This document shows, one piece after another, positions 29,261 through 37,063 of a stretch of DNA of 41,968 nt. Source of the DNA: a virus. Position 1 is the first letter of the stretch. Every line of letters starts with the position of its first letter. Both the position numbers and the translations under genes were made by a program. The notes beneath the pieces were generated by a model. That model had not been told where the DNA came from, searched no databases, and saw nothing but the letters and a program-made list of their open reading frames with translations. The stretch lies in IMG/VR virus record IMGVR_UViG_3300048918_000145. One strand, 5' to 3'.

Positions 29261-29521
29261 ATGGGATCGAACGGCCGCAAACGTTACCCGATGGCGTGGC
29301 AGGCAGACCTTCGCGGGATGCTGGGGGCGGGGACGAAGGTCCACGCGTGCTGCTCGAAGTGCCGAGCCTGGAAGCCGGTTGATGTTCAGGCGCTCGCCGA
29401 GCTGAAGGGGCTGGACTATTCGTTGTGGGGAAAGGTCTCGCACTGTCGGACAGAAGGGTGCGACGGCCTGGTGTTCTATCACGGGGATGTCGGAGGGATG
29501 TCTAGGCCGTTGAGGGGGTAA
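29261..29521 (+). CDS. Hypothetical Cys-rich protein (86 aa), last gene of the plus-strand unit
   Basis: AGGAG 4 nt upstream of the ATG. HACCSKCRAW....HCRTEGC suggests a zinc ribbon. Confidence 0.55.
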   Translation: MGSNGRKRYPMAWQADLRGMLGAGTKVHACCSKCRAWKPVDVQALAELKGLDYSLWGKVSHCRTEGCDGLVFYHGDVGGMSRPLRG

Positions 29522-29528
29522 AACGAAC

Positions 29529-29558
29529 TCAGCCCCGCCGAGTGAACGACGGGGCTGA
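29529..29558. terminator. Bidirectional terminator-like hairpin at the convergence point of the two transcription units
   Basis: TCAGCCCCG (29529-37) pairs with CGGGGCTGA (29550-58), with a 12-nt loop. It lies between the convergent genes ending at 29521 (+) and 29615 (-). No clear U-tract. Confidence 0.5.
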
Positions 29559-29614
29559 AAACCAAGGCTTTTCCGGGCCGCGATCCGATCTGTCAACAAG
29601 GGGAGATTACACCC

Positions 29615-29905
29615 TTACCGCCAGAACATCCAGCGCGGAGACGGGGGCTTCACGATCGCCGCATGTGCCTGGATGATCGCCACGAGCGCCGCCCGGCGCG
29701 CATCGCAGATAGCAATCGAACTTTCTTGGCGAACTGAAAACACCGCCAGATCGCCGACCGTCTGCACGCCATCAGCCGCAGGTCGAGGGCAGGCTTCATC
29801 CAGCGGGCTTGGGATCTGAATTGTCAGCGGCGCCGGTTTCGTCGCGCAGGCTGTTGATGCCAGAACGCCAACTAGCAAGCACATCGTCAGGAAGGGCCGT
29901 GTCAC
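29615..29905 (-). CDS. o-spanin (outer-membrane lipoprotein, Rz1-like)
   Basis: GTG 29905 with AGGAGA 9 nt upstream. MTRPFLTMCLLVGVLASTAC-ATKP has a lipobox-like Cys20. Pro-rich mature N-terminus. Overlaps the i-spanin gene by 110 nt. Confidence 0.7.
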   Translation of the reverse strand: MTRPFLTMCLLVGVLASTACATKPAPLTIQIPSPLDEACPRPAADGVQTVGDLAVFSVRQESSIAICDARRAALVAIIQAHAAIVKPPSPRWMFWR

Positions 29906-30152
29906 TGCCTGCGCTCTCCTCGATTGTCTGAATGATGGGGTCGGCCGTTTCGCGGATCACGCGCTCGGTTTCGTGGTAGCGCTCTACGGTTTTCACCTCC
30001 GCTTCGCGCATCTGCACCGAAGCCACCGCCGCATCCCTCTCAGAGCGCGCCTGGACGGCTTGGCGGTGCTCGTGACGCCAGAGGAGCGCTAGGCTGACGA
30101 TCGCCGCCAGCACAAGGCCAGCGACGACCAGACGGGTTTGTAGAGCGATCAC
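29796..30152 (-). CDS. i-spanin (Rz-like)
   Basis: 118-aa ORF. N-terminal TM (LVVAGLVLAAIVSLALLW), then a charged coiled coil. Partly overlaps the o-spanin gene. Confidence 0.7.
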   Translation of the reverse strand: MIALQTRLVVAGLVLAAIVSLALLWRHEHRQAVQARSERDAAVASVQMREAEVKTVERYHETERVIRETADPIIQTIEESAGSDTALPDDVLASWRSGINSLRDETGAADNSDPKPAG

Positions 30153-30153
30153 G

Positions 30154-30465
30154 TTAGATCGCGCTGTTGATGCGGCTTAGGGCGTTCAGAACATGATCGA
30201 GGCGATCAGCGGTGCGGTCGATCGTCCGCCGCACGTTTCCGACTTCCGGGGCGGAATTGGTTGCATTCGACAGGCCTCCGACAAGCGACGGGGCGGAACC
30301 CACAAGGCGCGCTTCAATCGCTTCAGCAAGGCTTAACGCCTCATTGGCAAGACCGAGAACGCGGTCGGTGCTGCTTTGGAGGGGCTGGGCCGGTTGCGCG
30401 ATGGAAGCGCCCGCAAGGCCGACAGTGGAAACTTGCGAGCGCGGATCGTATTGGGCTTCGTACAT
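30154..30465 (-). CDS. Hypothetical soluble helical protein (103 aa) inside the lysis cassette
   Basis: ATG 30465 with AAGGAAA upstream. No TM segment. The longer 148-aa track ORF has an implausible Arg-rich N-terminus. Confidence 0.55.
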   Translation of the reverse strand: MYEAQYDPRSQVSTVGLAGASIAQPAQPLQSSTDRVLGLANEALSLAEAIEARLVGSAPSLVGGLSNATNSAPEVGNVRRTIDRTADRLDHVLNALSRINSAI

Positions 30466-30512
30466 AACAATTTCCTTATGTGATGCGACTGATCCCCGTC
30501 GCCGGGATAGGC

Positions 30513-30587
30513 TCAAGGCTTGGTCATCCCCCACATCAGCGCGAGGAAGCAGGCGGCGAACATGGCGGCGAGGAGGTAGATGATCAT
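30513..30587 (-). CDS. Micro-ORF (24 aa) single-TM peptide coupled to the endolysin stop
   Basis: ATG 30587-30585 in an ATGA overlap with the endolysin TGA. Hand translation MIIYLLAAMFAACFLALMWGMTKP. Confidence 0.3.
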   Translation of the reverse strand: MIIYLLAAMFAACFLALMWGMTKP

Positions 30588-31027
30588 CGGATCGGTACAA
30601 TTCCCGGCCGCGTACCGAGCCGGTCGATCGTCAGTTCCTGCCCGCGCATCTTCGGGGCGAAGGAGATGTGAACCCACTCGCCGTATTCGAAGATCAACTG
30701 GTCGTAGGGGAGTTTGTCCTTCAGGAATTCAGCAACCTTGGCGGGTGAGCCGAAGGAGCGGCAATTGAAGTCCACCGCATAGCCCTGGACGTGGGCCGAG
30801 GTCTTTGCGCCGCCCACCGCAGCGTTTACGGCTGGCGAGCGATAGCCGGACGAGACGCTGATCACCCGATTGCCCAGTAGCGCCCGCACAGCCTCCATAT
30901 GTTCAGCAGTGGCGGTCAGATTGACGAGCGCTTGGCCCCGTGGAATGTTGTCCAGTCCGCCGCGCGCAGCGGTTTGCGAGGCAGTTAGCTCTTCGAGGCT
31001 GAAGTGGTCGGAAAGCCTTGTGATCAT
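30584..31027 (-). CDS. Endolysin, peptidase M15 (D-Ala-D-Ala carboxypeptidase-like) family
   Basis: 147-aa ORF. ..SSGYRSPAVNAAVGGAKTSAHVQGYAVDF...EWVHISF carries the M15 Zn ligand pattern H..D..H. Confidence 0.8.
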   Translation of the reverse strand: MITRLSDHFSLEELTASQTAARGGLDNIPRGQALVNLTATAEHMEAVRALLGNRVISVSSGYRSPAVNAAVGGAKTSAHVQGYAVDFNCRSFGSPAKVAEFLKDKLPYDQLIFEYGEWVHISFAPKMRGQELTIDRLGTRPGIVPIR

Positions 31028-31293
31028 CCTTCGCCCTCCTGCTTGCTGGTCGTGGCGGTGATCGTCGCTTCGATACTACCGCCGCTATCGCCCGTGGGAT
31101 GCTTGGCGCTGTTGCCCCAACGGAACGCGCCGTAGGCTACCGCCAGGCTCAGCACAGCCGTGCCGAGGCTCGACAGAACCGGTAGCACCTCGGACGAGAT
31201 GTCAAAAAACACCAGCGCGGCGATGAGCCCGGCAACGATCGCCATAGCTCCGATGACCACAATAGCGTCGAGCGTTTCGTAGTTGCGCTTCAT
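31024..31293 (-). CDS. Holin candidate (two TM segments)
   Basis: 89-aa ORF directly upstream of the endolysin. TM1 AIVVIGAMAIVAGLIAALVFF, TM2 VLPVLSSLGTAVLSLAVAYGAF, then a charged C-terminus. Confidence 0.65.
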   Translation of the reverse strand: MKRNYETLDAIVVIGAMAIVAGLIAALVFFDISSEVLPVLSSLGTAVLSLAVAYGAFRWGNSAKHPTGDSGGSIEATITATTSKQEGEG

Positions 31294-31622
31294 GGGTCTC
31301 TCCGAGGAGTCTTGGGGTTGATGTAGCCAGGCACCCGGCCGCTCATCAGGCCGTCGATTTCGGTGCGCATCTCGGTTACGCGGGCCTCGCAGTCACGATG
31401 TGCATCCTCAGCGCTTTGACAGCGTTGTTCGGCCCGCTCACATCGTACTGTGAGGCGTTTGATTTCCGCCTCCAAGTGGCCGATCAAGTCGTTCACGCGC
31501 CGCGTAACGGCGTTCATGATGTTGGCGCGGCTAATCCAAATGCCGCCCGCAAAGGTCATCAATGGAGCCATGATTTTTACCGCCCAAAGGTCGAGCACCG
31601 CCGCGACAGGCCCCTCAGTCAC
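31290..31622 (-). CDS. Membrane-anchored coiled-coil protein (110 aa), first gene of the lysis cassette (holin/antiholin or lysis regulator?)
   Basis: N-terminal hydrophobic segment (MAPLMTFAGGIWI), then a helix rich in R/E/C. Overlaps the holin start. Confidence 0.55.
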   Translation of the reverse strand: MTEGPVAAVLDLWAVKIMAPLMTFAGGIWISRANIMNAVTRRVNDLIGHLEAEIKRLTVRCERAEQRCQSAEDAHRDCEARVTEMRTEIDGLMSGRVPGYINPKTPRRDP

Positions 31623-31863
31623 TCAACGGCACGCCCATGCGCCCTCCATTTACTCAACCGTAACCAGACTCGATGCGGGGCTATTGCAGCCCTCGTTGTC
31701 CGCAGCCCATTGCGGGCGACGCGGGTTAGGCCGTCGGGGGTGGTGAGACACCTTCGGCGGCCGACAAATAGTAGCACATAAGGTGAACAACGCTAGATGT
31801 TGTGGCGCAGAGCCAGTAACCGAGAGTGTTGCTAGGCTTGAGCATTTGTGGTTGAATCTGCTC

Positions 31864-32478
31864 ATGAAACAGCTAGCCATTTACGGCGCTGGAGGTCTGG
31901 GCCTTGAAGTGGCCGACGCCGCTATTCGCGCTGGTTTCGAACCATATTTTGTGTCGGACGACCCAGCCCAAGTCTGGACGATGTTGATGGGTTTGCCCGT
32001 GCTTCCGGCGCCCACTGGTCCGGGTGTAATTGCAATCGGCGACAACGCCGTCAGGCGACGCCTGGCCACCAAGTTGGTCGCCGCAAAGGTCATTGCCCCT
32101 ACCGCTCTGATCGGCATAGGCGCAGAGCTTGGCGAGGGCGCGATCATCGCTGATTTCGCCTACATCTCGCCCGGAGCAAAGATCGGTAAGCACTTCCTTT
32201 TGAATACTTTTTCGACCGTCGCGCATGATTGCGTCGTCGGTGATTTCGTGACTTTCGGCCCGAAGGTGAGTTGCAACGGCAACGTCATTGTCGGCGATCA
32301 CGCCACCGTCGGCGCGGGGGCAACGATCATGAACGGCACTCGCAACAAGCCGCTCAAGATCGGTGCGGGCGCAAGAGTTGGAATGGGCGCTGTAGTGCTG
32401 CGAGATGTGCCGTCCGGAGCCACGGTGTTCGGAAATCCGGCCCGCGTGGTTCTGGAAGAGGTCAGGCAAACCGGCTAG
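31864..32478 (+). CDS. NeuD/PglB-type hexapeptide-repeat sugar O-acyltransferase (lysogenic-conversion moron)
   Basis: 204 aa from ATG 31864. N-terminal Rossmann-like IYGAGGLGLEV. C-terminal left-handed beta-helix repeats (IGDHATVGAGATI..IGAGARVGMGAVV..VFGNPAR). Opposite strand to all neighbours. A sampled 60 nt is about 55 percent GC. Confidence 0.8.
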   Translation: MKQLAIYGAGGLGLEVADAAIRAGFEPYFVSDDPAQVWTMLMGLPVLPAPTGPGVIAIGDNAVRRRLATKLVAAKVIAPTALIGIGAELGEGAIIADFAYISPGAKIGKHFLLNTFSTVAHDCVVGDFVTFGPKVSCNGNVIVGDHATVGAGATIMNGTRNKPLKIGAGARVGMGAVVLRDVPSGATVFGNPARVVLEEVRQTG

Positions 32479-34181
32479 TTCGCACTCCGACTGCGCTCGT
32501 ACCAATTGGTGCCGTCGCTGATCAGCGTTAGGGTGTCGTCTGCCGATGTCACGAAGTTACCCGCGAGCTTCAGGTTAGAGCCATCGGTCACAGTAACAAT
32601 TCCCGCAAATCCGAGCGTGACGCTCCGCTGCGCATCTGCCGTGGTGGCCGTAATGGACGTAATCGCGGTAGTCCCTGTGATTGTAACAAACTCCTGCCCC
32701 CTCGGAAGGGTAATCGTCGCTGCACTTGCCACCGTCGAAATAGGCAGAGCAAGATTTGCGTTTATTCCGGTCTGAACGGCAAGAGTTGGCGCCGTCGTCG
32801 CTTTGTAGAAATAGTTGGTCGAGAACGTTACGGTGTCATTGGTCAGCCATTTGTAGGCGCGGAAGTCTCCGCTATCTACTGGTCCGATGAACGTGCACCC
32901 CTCAAACGTAATAGACGGCCCCGAGGCCGCACTTTCCATCAGATACTCATGGGTACTTTCGAAATAGCAGTCTCGGAAGGATAGGCTTTCGGCCGCATTG
33001 ATCTGCAAGGTTCGCTTGCCGTCAAACGATGCACCACCGCCACCCTCAAAGCGGCAACCAATGAAGGTGTTTCCGTTGCCCGCGTTCAGGAACAGGTGCG
33101 CATCGGTCGAGTTGAGAAAGTCGCATCGGATGAATACATTGTTGTTATTTTGGCCGGCCGCCAGCCGCACGCAGTTAAGTACCGCGTTGCTGCCGTCCAT
33201 ATAGCAGTTAATGAAGAGACTGGTCTGAAGCTGCCGAACGACTTCCACGTTCTTTTCGGTCTGAAGCACCATGCCGACACTATCGAACGTCAGGTTCGCA
33301 ACTTCATCGGTACAGTCGATGTAAAACCCGTGCGTTCCGCCATAGATCGAGAAACTTTTGAAAGACGCGAATATCAAGGCATCCGGGGCTTTGCTGACAA
33401 TCGCAGGGACTGTCAGTGGGGTCAGTTGGTTAAACAAGACGGACCCCTTCGCGCTAGCGCCCATTAGTGTAACGTGGCTAGGCATCTCCAAACTGTCGCT
33501 GAGCACATAGTAGCCATCGGGCATGAACGCCGTCCCCCGCGTGTTCACGGTAAGAGACGCCGCGTTCAAGGCCGCCTGGATCGCGGCGCCGTCGATGCTC
33601 TGGGTGAGCGACGTGACGAACGGATAGACGTCTTGCGCCTCAAGGAGGGTGCTGTAGCGCTCCGAAAGCGGATGGAAGAACGCGTCCCCGATCGCCCCGA
33701 AATCCTTCACGCTCAGGAGGTCGTTGTTTTTGGACTCCAGGGTGCGCGCGATGGCGCCCGCTTCGGGTCGTGTCGTTTCGATGACCGTTGCGAGCGCGCC
33801 GATCGCATTGCGAAAGGACGCGGCTTGGTCGCTGTCCATATCGACGTTAGAGCCATCGCGAAGCATCCCGGACTCCACGGTGAGCCCCGGGTACACGGCC
33901 GCCTCGTAGAAGACCTGCACGCCCTGCCGTGTGCGAACGCGCATGGAATATGGCGCGAGGGTATAAGCGACCGCAGGCGATCCAAGGCGCATCGTATAGC
34001 CGCCCAAAACGTCTAACGGCTGGGTCGCGGGGTCGGTACCATCCGCGTCCCAATAAACCGCCTGGGGGTTGGTTTGCGGGTCCTCACCGACGACCCCAAT
34101 ATAGACCTTCCCACCTGATAGGCCGAGACCGCTCAAATCCATGATGGCCTGAAACGGCGTAGAGACGGCAGTATTGGTCAT
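32475..34181 (-). CDS. Tailspike with a P22 gp9-like N-terminal head-binding domain and pectate-lyase-type beta-helix
   Basis: 568-aa ORF. FQAI..GGKVYIGVVGEDPQTNPQAVYWD....QPL parallels P22 gp9 [28 protein letters not shown]....QPL. SVKDFGAIGDAF starts a depolymerase-type beta-helix. Confidence 0.8.
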   Translation of the reverse strand: MTNTAVSTPFQAIMDLSGLGLSGGKVYIGVVGEDPQTNPQAVYWDADGTDPATQPLDVLGGYTMRLGSPAVAYTLAPYSMRVRTRQGVQVFYEAAVYPGLTVESGMLRDGSNVDMDSDQAASFRNAIGALATVIETTRPEAGAIARTLESKNNDLLSVKDFGAIGDAFFHPLSERYSTLLEAQDVYPFVTSLTQSIDGAAIQAALNAASLTVNTRGTAFMPDGYYVLSDSLEMPSHVTLMGASAKGSVLFNQLTPLTVPAIVSKAPDALIFASFKSFSIYGGTHGFYIDCTDEVANLTFDSVGMVLQTEKNVEVVRQLQTSLFINCYMDGSNAVLNCVRLAAGQNNNNVFIRCDFLNSTDAHLFLNAGNGNTFIGCRFEGGGGASFDGKRTLQINAAESLSFRDCYFESTHEYLMESAASGPSITFEGCTFIGPVDSGDFRAYKWLTNDTVTFSTNYFYKATTAPTLAVQTGINANLALPISTVASAATITLPRGQEFVTITGTTAITSITATTADAQRSVTLGFAGIVTVTDGSNLKLAGNFVTSADDTLTLISDGTNWYERSRSAN

Positions 34182-37063
34182 GGCTTCGCAGCCTCCGAAT
34201 TAGACAGAGCGGAGAACGAGGCGATCTGCGCTTGGGTGATGGCTGCGGCCAGCGAGCGGGCCGCTGGGGCCGGGTCCTTCGGGGCCTTCAGAAGTAGCCG
34301 GCGGCCGATGTCGGGGTTGAGCATCGCCTCGGTGATGAGTTGATCGACGCGGTCAATTCCGGCTCGGCGAAGCGCTTGGACCACCTCGGTTCCCACGAGG
34401 CCGGCGAGTGCGCCCGCCCATCCATGCGCTTCGAGCCCGACAAGACCCCCAGCCGCCGTTACGAGACGGTCAAGAAGGGAGTTCGACCGGCCCTTTGTGG
34501 CGCCAATCAGGTCTTGCGCGGTGTTGGAGCCGCCCGCCAACCGCACAGCATTTTCCGAACGCTTGGCGCGCTGAATATCGGCTGCGATCGCCTCCAGGTT
34601 CGAAACCTCGTCCTGGTCAAAGATCAGGCGCAGCGCAGGCTTGGCCTTCTTCATGAAGGTCTGGAACTGGTCGGCCTTGATGAGGGTGACGCCCGAAGTT
34701 CCGGCCTCAGTGTTCCCGATTAGCGATTGCTGGATGAAGTCGGCCACGGCCTGGCGCAGACCAGCGCGGGCTTGAGGATCGCCGGCCGTAGCCTTCGCCA
34801 GCGCGAGCATATTCTTCGCCGGCTCTGAGCCGTTCAGCACCTGGCCCACGGCCCGCGTGACATCCTCCGGGCTCGTCAGGCCCATCACCTTGCCAATGGA
34901 GCCTTGCTGGGCGTCCTTCAGTTGCGCGCTGCGGCTCGCCATGGCGTCGGACACGGCCTGTCCCGCCTTGGCGGCGTCGGCGAACTTGGCCTTGGTTTCT
35001 TCGGGCAGGCCGCGTAGCGCGTTGTCGAAGGCCTTACGCCAGGTCGCGAATTTCTTAGGGTCGATTACGCCCTCGGGCGTGAGGGCAGCGCGGCGCAGGG
35101 TCGTGGCGGCGTAGTCCTCAATAATCGGGAACGCCTGCGGCTGGGCCTTCAGCAGCGCCTGCATGTCGGAAAACCCGGTCGGACCGGGGTGGAAGAACTT
35201 GCCCGCAACCTGCCCATCCGGGAGACGGAAGGTGGTCGCTGATCCGGCTTTGGCGAGGGTTTGGCCGACAGGACCGGAGCCGAAAGTTCCAGCCCGCGCC
35301 TTGGTCGCCTCGGTTGCGGCGGTTAGTCTTTGTCCTGCGGCTTCATCGAAGCTAGGTGCAAGTCCCGGTAGTCCCGTATTGCCCGAAGCTCCAGCAGGTG
35401 CCCGCCCTGCTTCGCCCGCTGTTCCGCGTAGGCCAGAAACGGCAGACGATCCGCCATCTCTAATGCCTCCATGGCTGGACGGATCAACTCCGCGGGCCTC
35501 TGCGCGATTTTTGTAGAACTCATCCTGCCACGACTTTATCGCATTGAGGGCCGTGTTGGAAGGATCCAGCACACCTTTCGCCACGGCCGCATCATCCATC
35601 ACCACCTGATGGCTGATGGTGTTGGCGAGGTTGTCTTGAATAGCCCCCCGGAGCGCTGTCAACCGGGCATAGGATGGCGAGCGACCATTGGCGATCAGCT
35701 CGTTCCGCATCTCGGTCGAGACCCGGCTGCGCAGGGCGATGAGGTCCGAGACGGGCGCGAGCTGAGGCAGGCCCTGAGCGGCCTCGAAGATCGCCGCTTC
35801 CTCTCCTGCAATCGGCTTGGCGGTCGAGGCGACGCCGCCGCTGATTTCACGCGCGGCCGAGGATGTTTGAACAGTGTTGCCAGTCAGGGTCCCGTCAGGG
35901 TCAACCGCTTGCCATAGCCCGCGCTCTTGAGCCCGTGCGGCGGCTTCAGCCTCATCCACGACGCCGCGCAGGTCAGCGCCAATCCCCTCCGGCGTTCCGT
36001 TGCCGCCGATGGCTTCTCCGGCGCTTCTCGCGCGCTCCAGGGCGTCATCGACCAGGGTCTGCGTAGAGCGGTCCAGATCGTCGAGCTGAGCCCGCACAGC
36101 CTTCGCGACGTCGTTAGGATCAGAGCCGGTCTGAAGCTTCTGAAGGGCTTCTACACGGGCCGCGTTCTGTTCGGCGCGGCGCGCTGCGAAGGGAGCGGAA
36201 TTGCGCGCGGCAACCTCACGCTCCAGCGAGCCGAGGCCCATGTCGCCGGACTGCTGAAACGTCGTAGGCAGCGAGCCGTTCACGATTTGTCCATCAGCAG
36301 AAAGCGCCTCGGCGGCTGCGGCCGGGTCCGACGCCCGACGAGCCAAAGTCGCACCGGCTTGGCGTTCAGCGGCCTCGCGCGATGCGGCGGCGGAGAACGG
36401 CGCGGCGATCTTCGAAGCGCCGCCAGCAAGCCCAACGGCCGCGCGCTCCAGGCCGAACGGCGCAATGCCCCCGAGCAGCCCCGCCACGCCCTGAGCAATG
36501 GGGCCGCCGCCGGTCTCCTTAACGCCTTGACTGGCTGCGCCGGCGGCAGCGCCGCCCAGCGTCTGAAGTAAGGGCTGTGTCGCAAGGGTTTGCGCGACCC
36601 CCTGAGTGATACTGCCCGCTTTAGCAAGGTTCGCGGCGGCTCCCGCGCCTGTGGCAAAGGCCCCTGCTCCTATTCCAAGGCGCGTAGCCTCGGACGCAAC
36701 GCGCTCGCCCGGGGTCTCTGGAATGCCCACGCCGAGGCGGTCAAGGAGATCAGACACGCCCGACTGAAACGCGTTTGATGTGGGGATATCGGCCTCAGGC
36801 GTCCCGCCCATCGCGCGAACCGCCGCTCCAATCGGCGCGTAGCCCACGTTGCCGATCATGGCGGGGACATTCGCTATCGCATCCGCCCCCCCCGCAACGG
36901 TTTCAGCCACGTCACGCGCAAAGATACCGGCGCCTCGCAAGAATTGGTTGGGCTGCTTGTCCTGGCCAAGCATCTTCTTGACCGTCGTCTGAATGACAGA
37001 CGGGTCGGTTCCATCGGGGAACTCAAGGATTCGACCGTCCGCAAGTTCAGCTTCGATGGTCAT
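34178..37063 (-). CDS. Large internal virion / DNA-ejection protein (gp16 position)
   Basis: 961-aa Ala/Gly-rich ORF, last of the ejection-protein series before the tailspike. Confidence 0.65.
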   Translation of the reverse strand: MTIEAELADGRILEFPDGTDPSVIQTTVKKMLGQDKQPNQFLRGAGIFARDVAETVAGGADAIANVPAMIGNVGYAPIGAAVRAMGGTPEADIPTSNAFQSGVSDLLDRLGVGIPETPGERVASEATRLGIGAGAFATGAGAAANLAKAGSITQGVAQTLATQPLLQTLGGAAAGAASQGVKETGGGPIAQGVAGLLGGIAPFGLERAAVGLAGGASKIAAPFSAAASREAAERQAGATLARRASDPAAAAEALSADGQIVNGSLPTTFQQSGDMGLGSLEREVAARNSAPFAARRAEQNAARVEALQKLQTGSDPNDVAKAVRAQLDDLDRSTQTLVDDALERARSAGEAIGGNGTPEGIGADLRGVVDEAEAAARAQERGLWQAVDPDGTLTGNTVQTSSAAREISGGVASTAKPIAGEEAAIFEAAQGLPQLAPVSDLIALRSRVSTEMRNELIANGRSPSYARLTALRGAIQDNLANTISHQVVMDDAAVAKGVLDPSNTALNAIKSWQDEFYKNRAEARGVDPSSHGGIRDGGSSAVSGLRGTAGEAGRAPAGASGNTGLPGLAPSFDEAAGQRLTAATEATKARAGTFGSGPVGQTLAKAGSATTFRLPDGQVAGKFFHPGPTGFSDMQALLKAQPQAFPIIEDYAATTLRRAALTPEGVIDPKKFATWRKAFDNALRGLPEETKAKFADAAKAGQAVSDAMASRSAQLKDAQQGSIGKVMGLTSPEDVTRAVGQVLNGSEPAKNMLALAKATAGDPQARAGLRQAVADFIQQSLIGNTEAGTSGVTLIKADQFQTFMKKAKPALRLIFDQDEVSNLEAIAADIQRAKRSENAVRLAGGSNTAQDLIGATKGRSNSLLDRLVTAAGGLVGLEAHGWAGALAGLVGTEVVQALRRAGIDRVDQLITEAMLNPDIGRRLLLKAPKDPAPAARSLAAAITQAQIASFSALSNSEAAKP

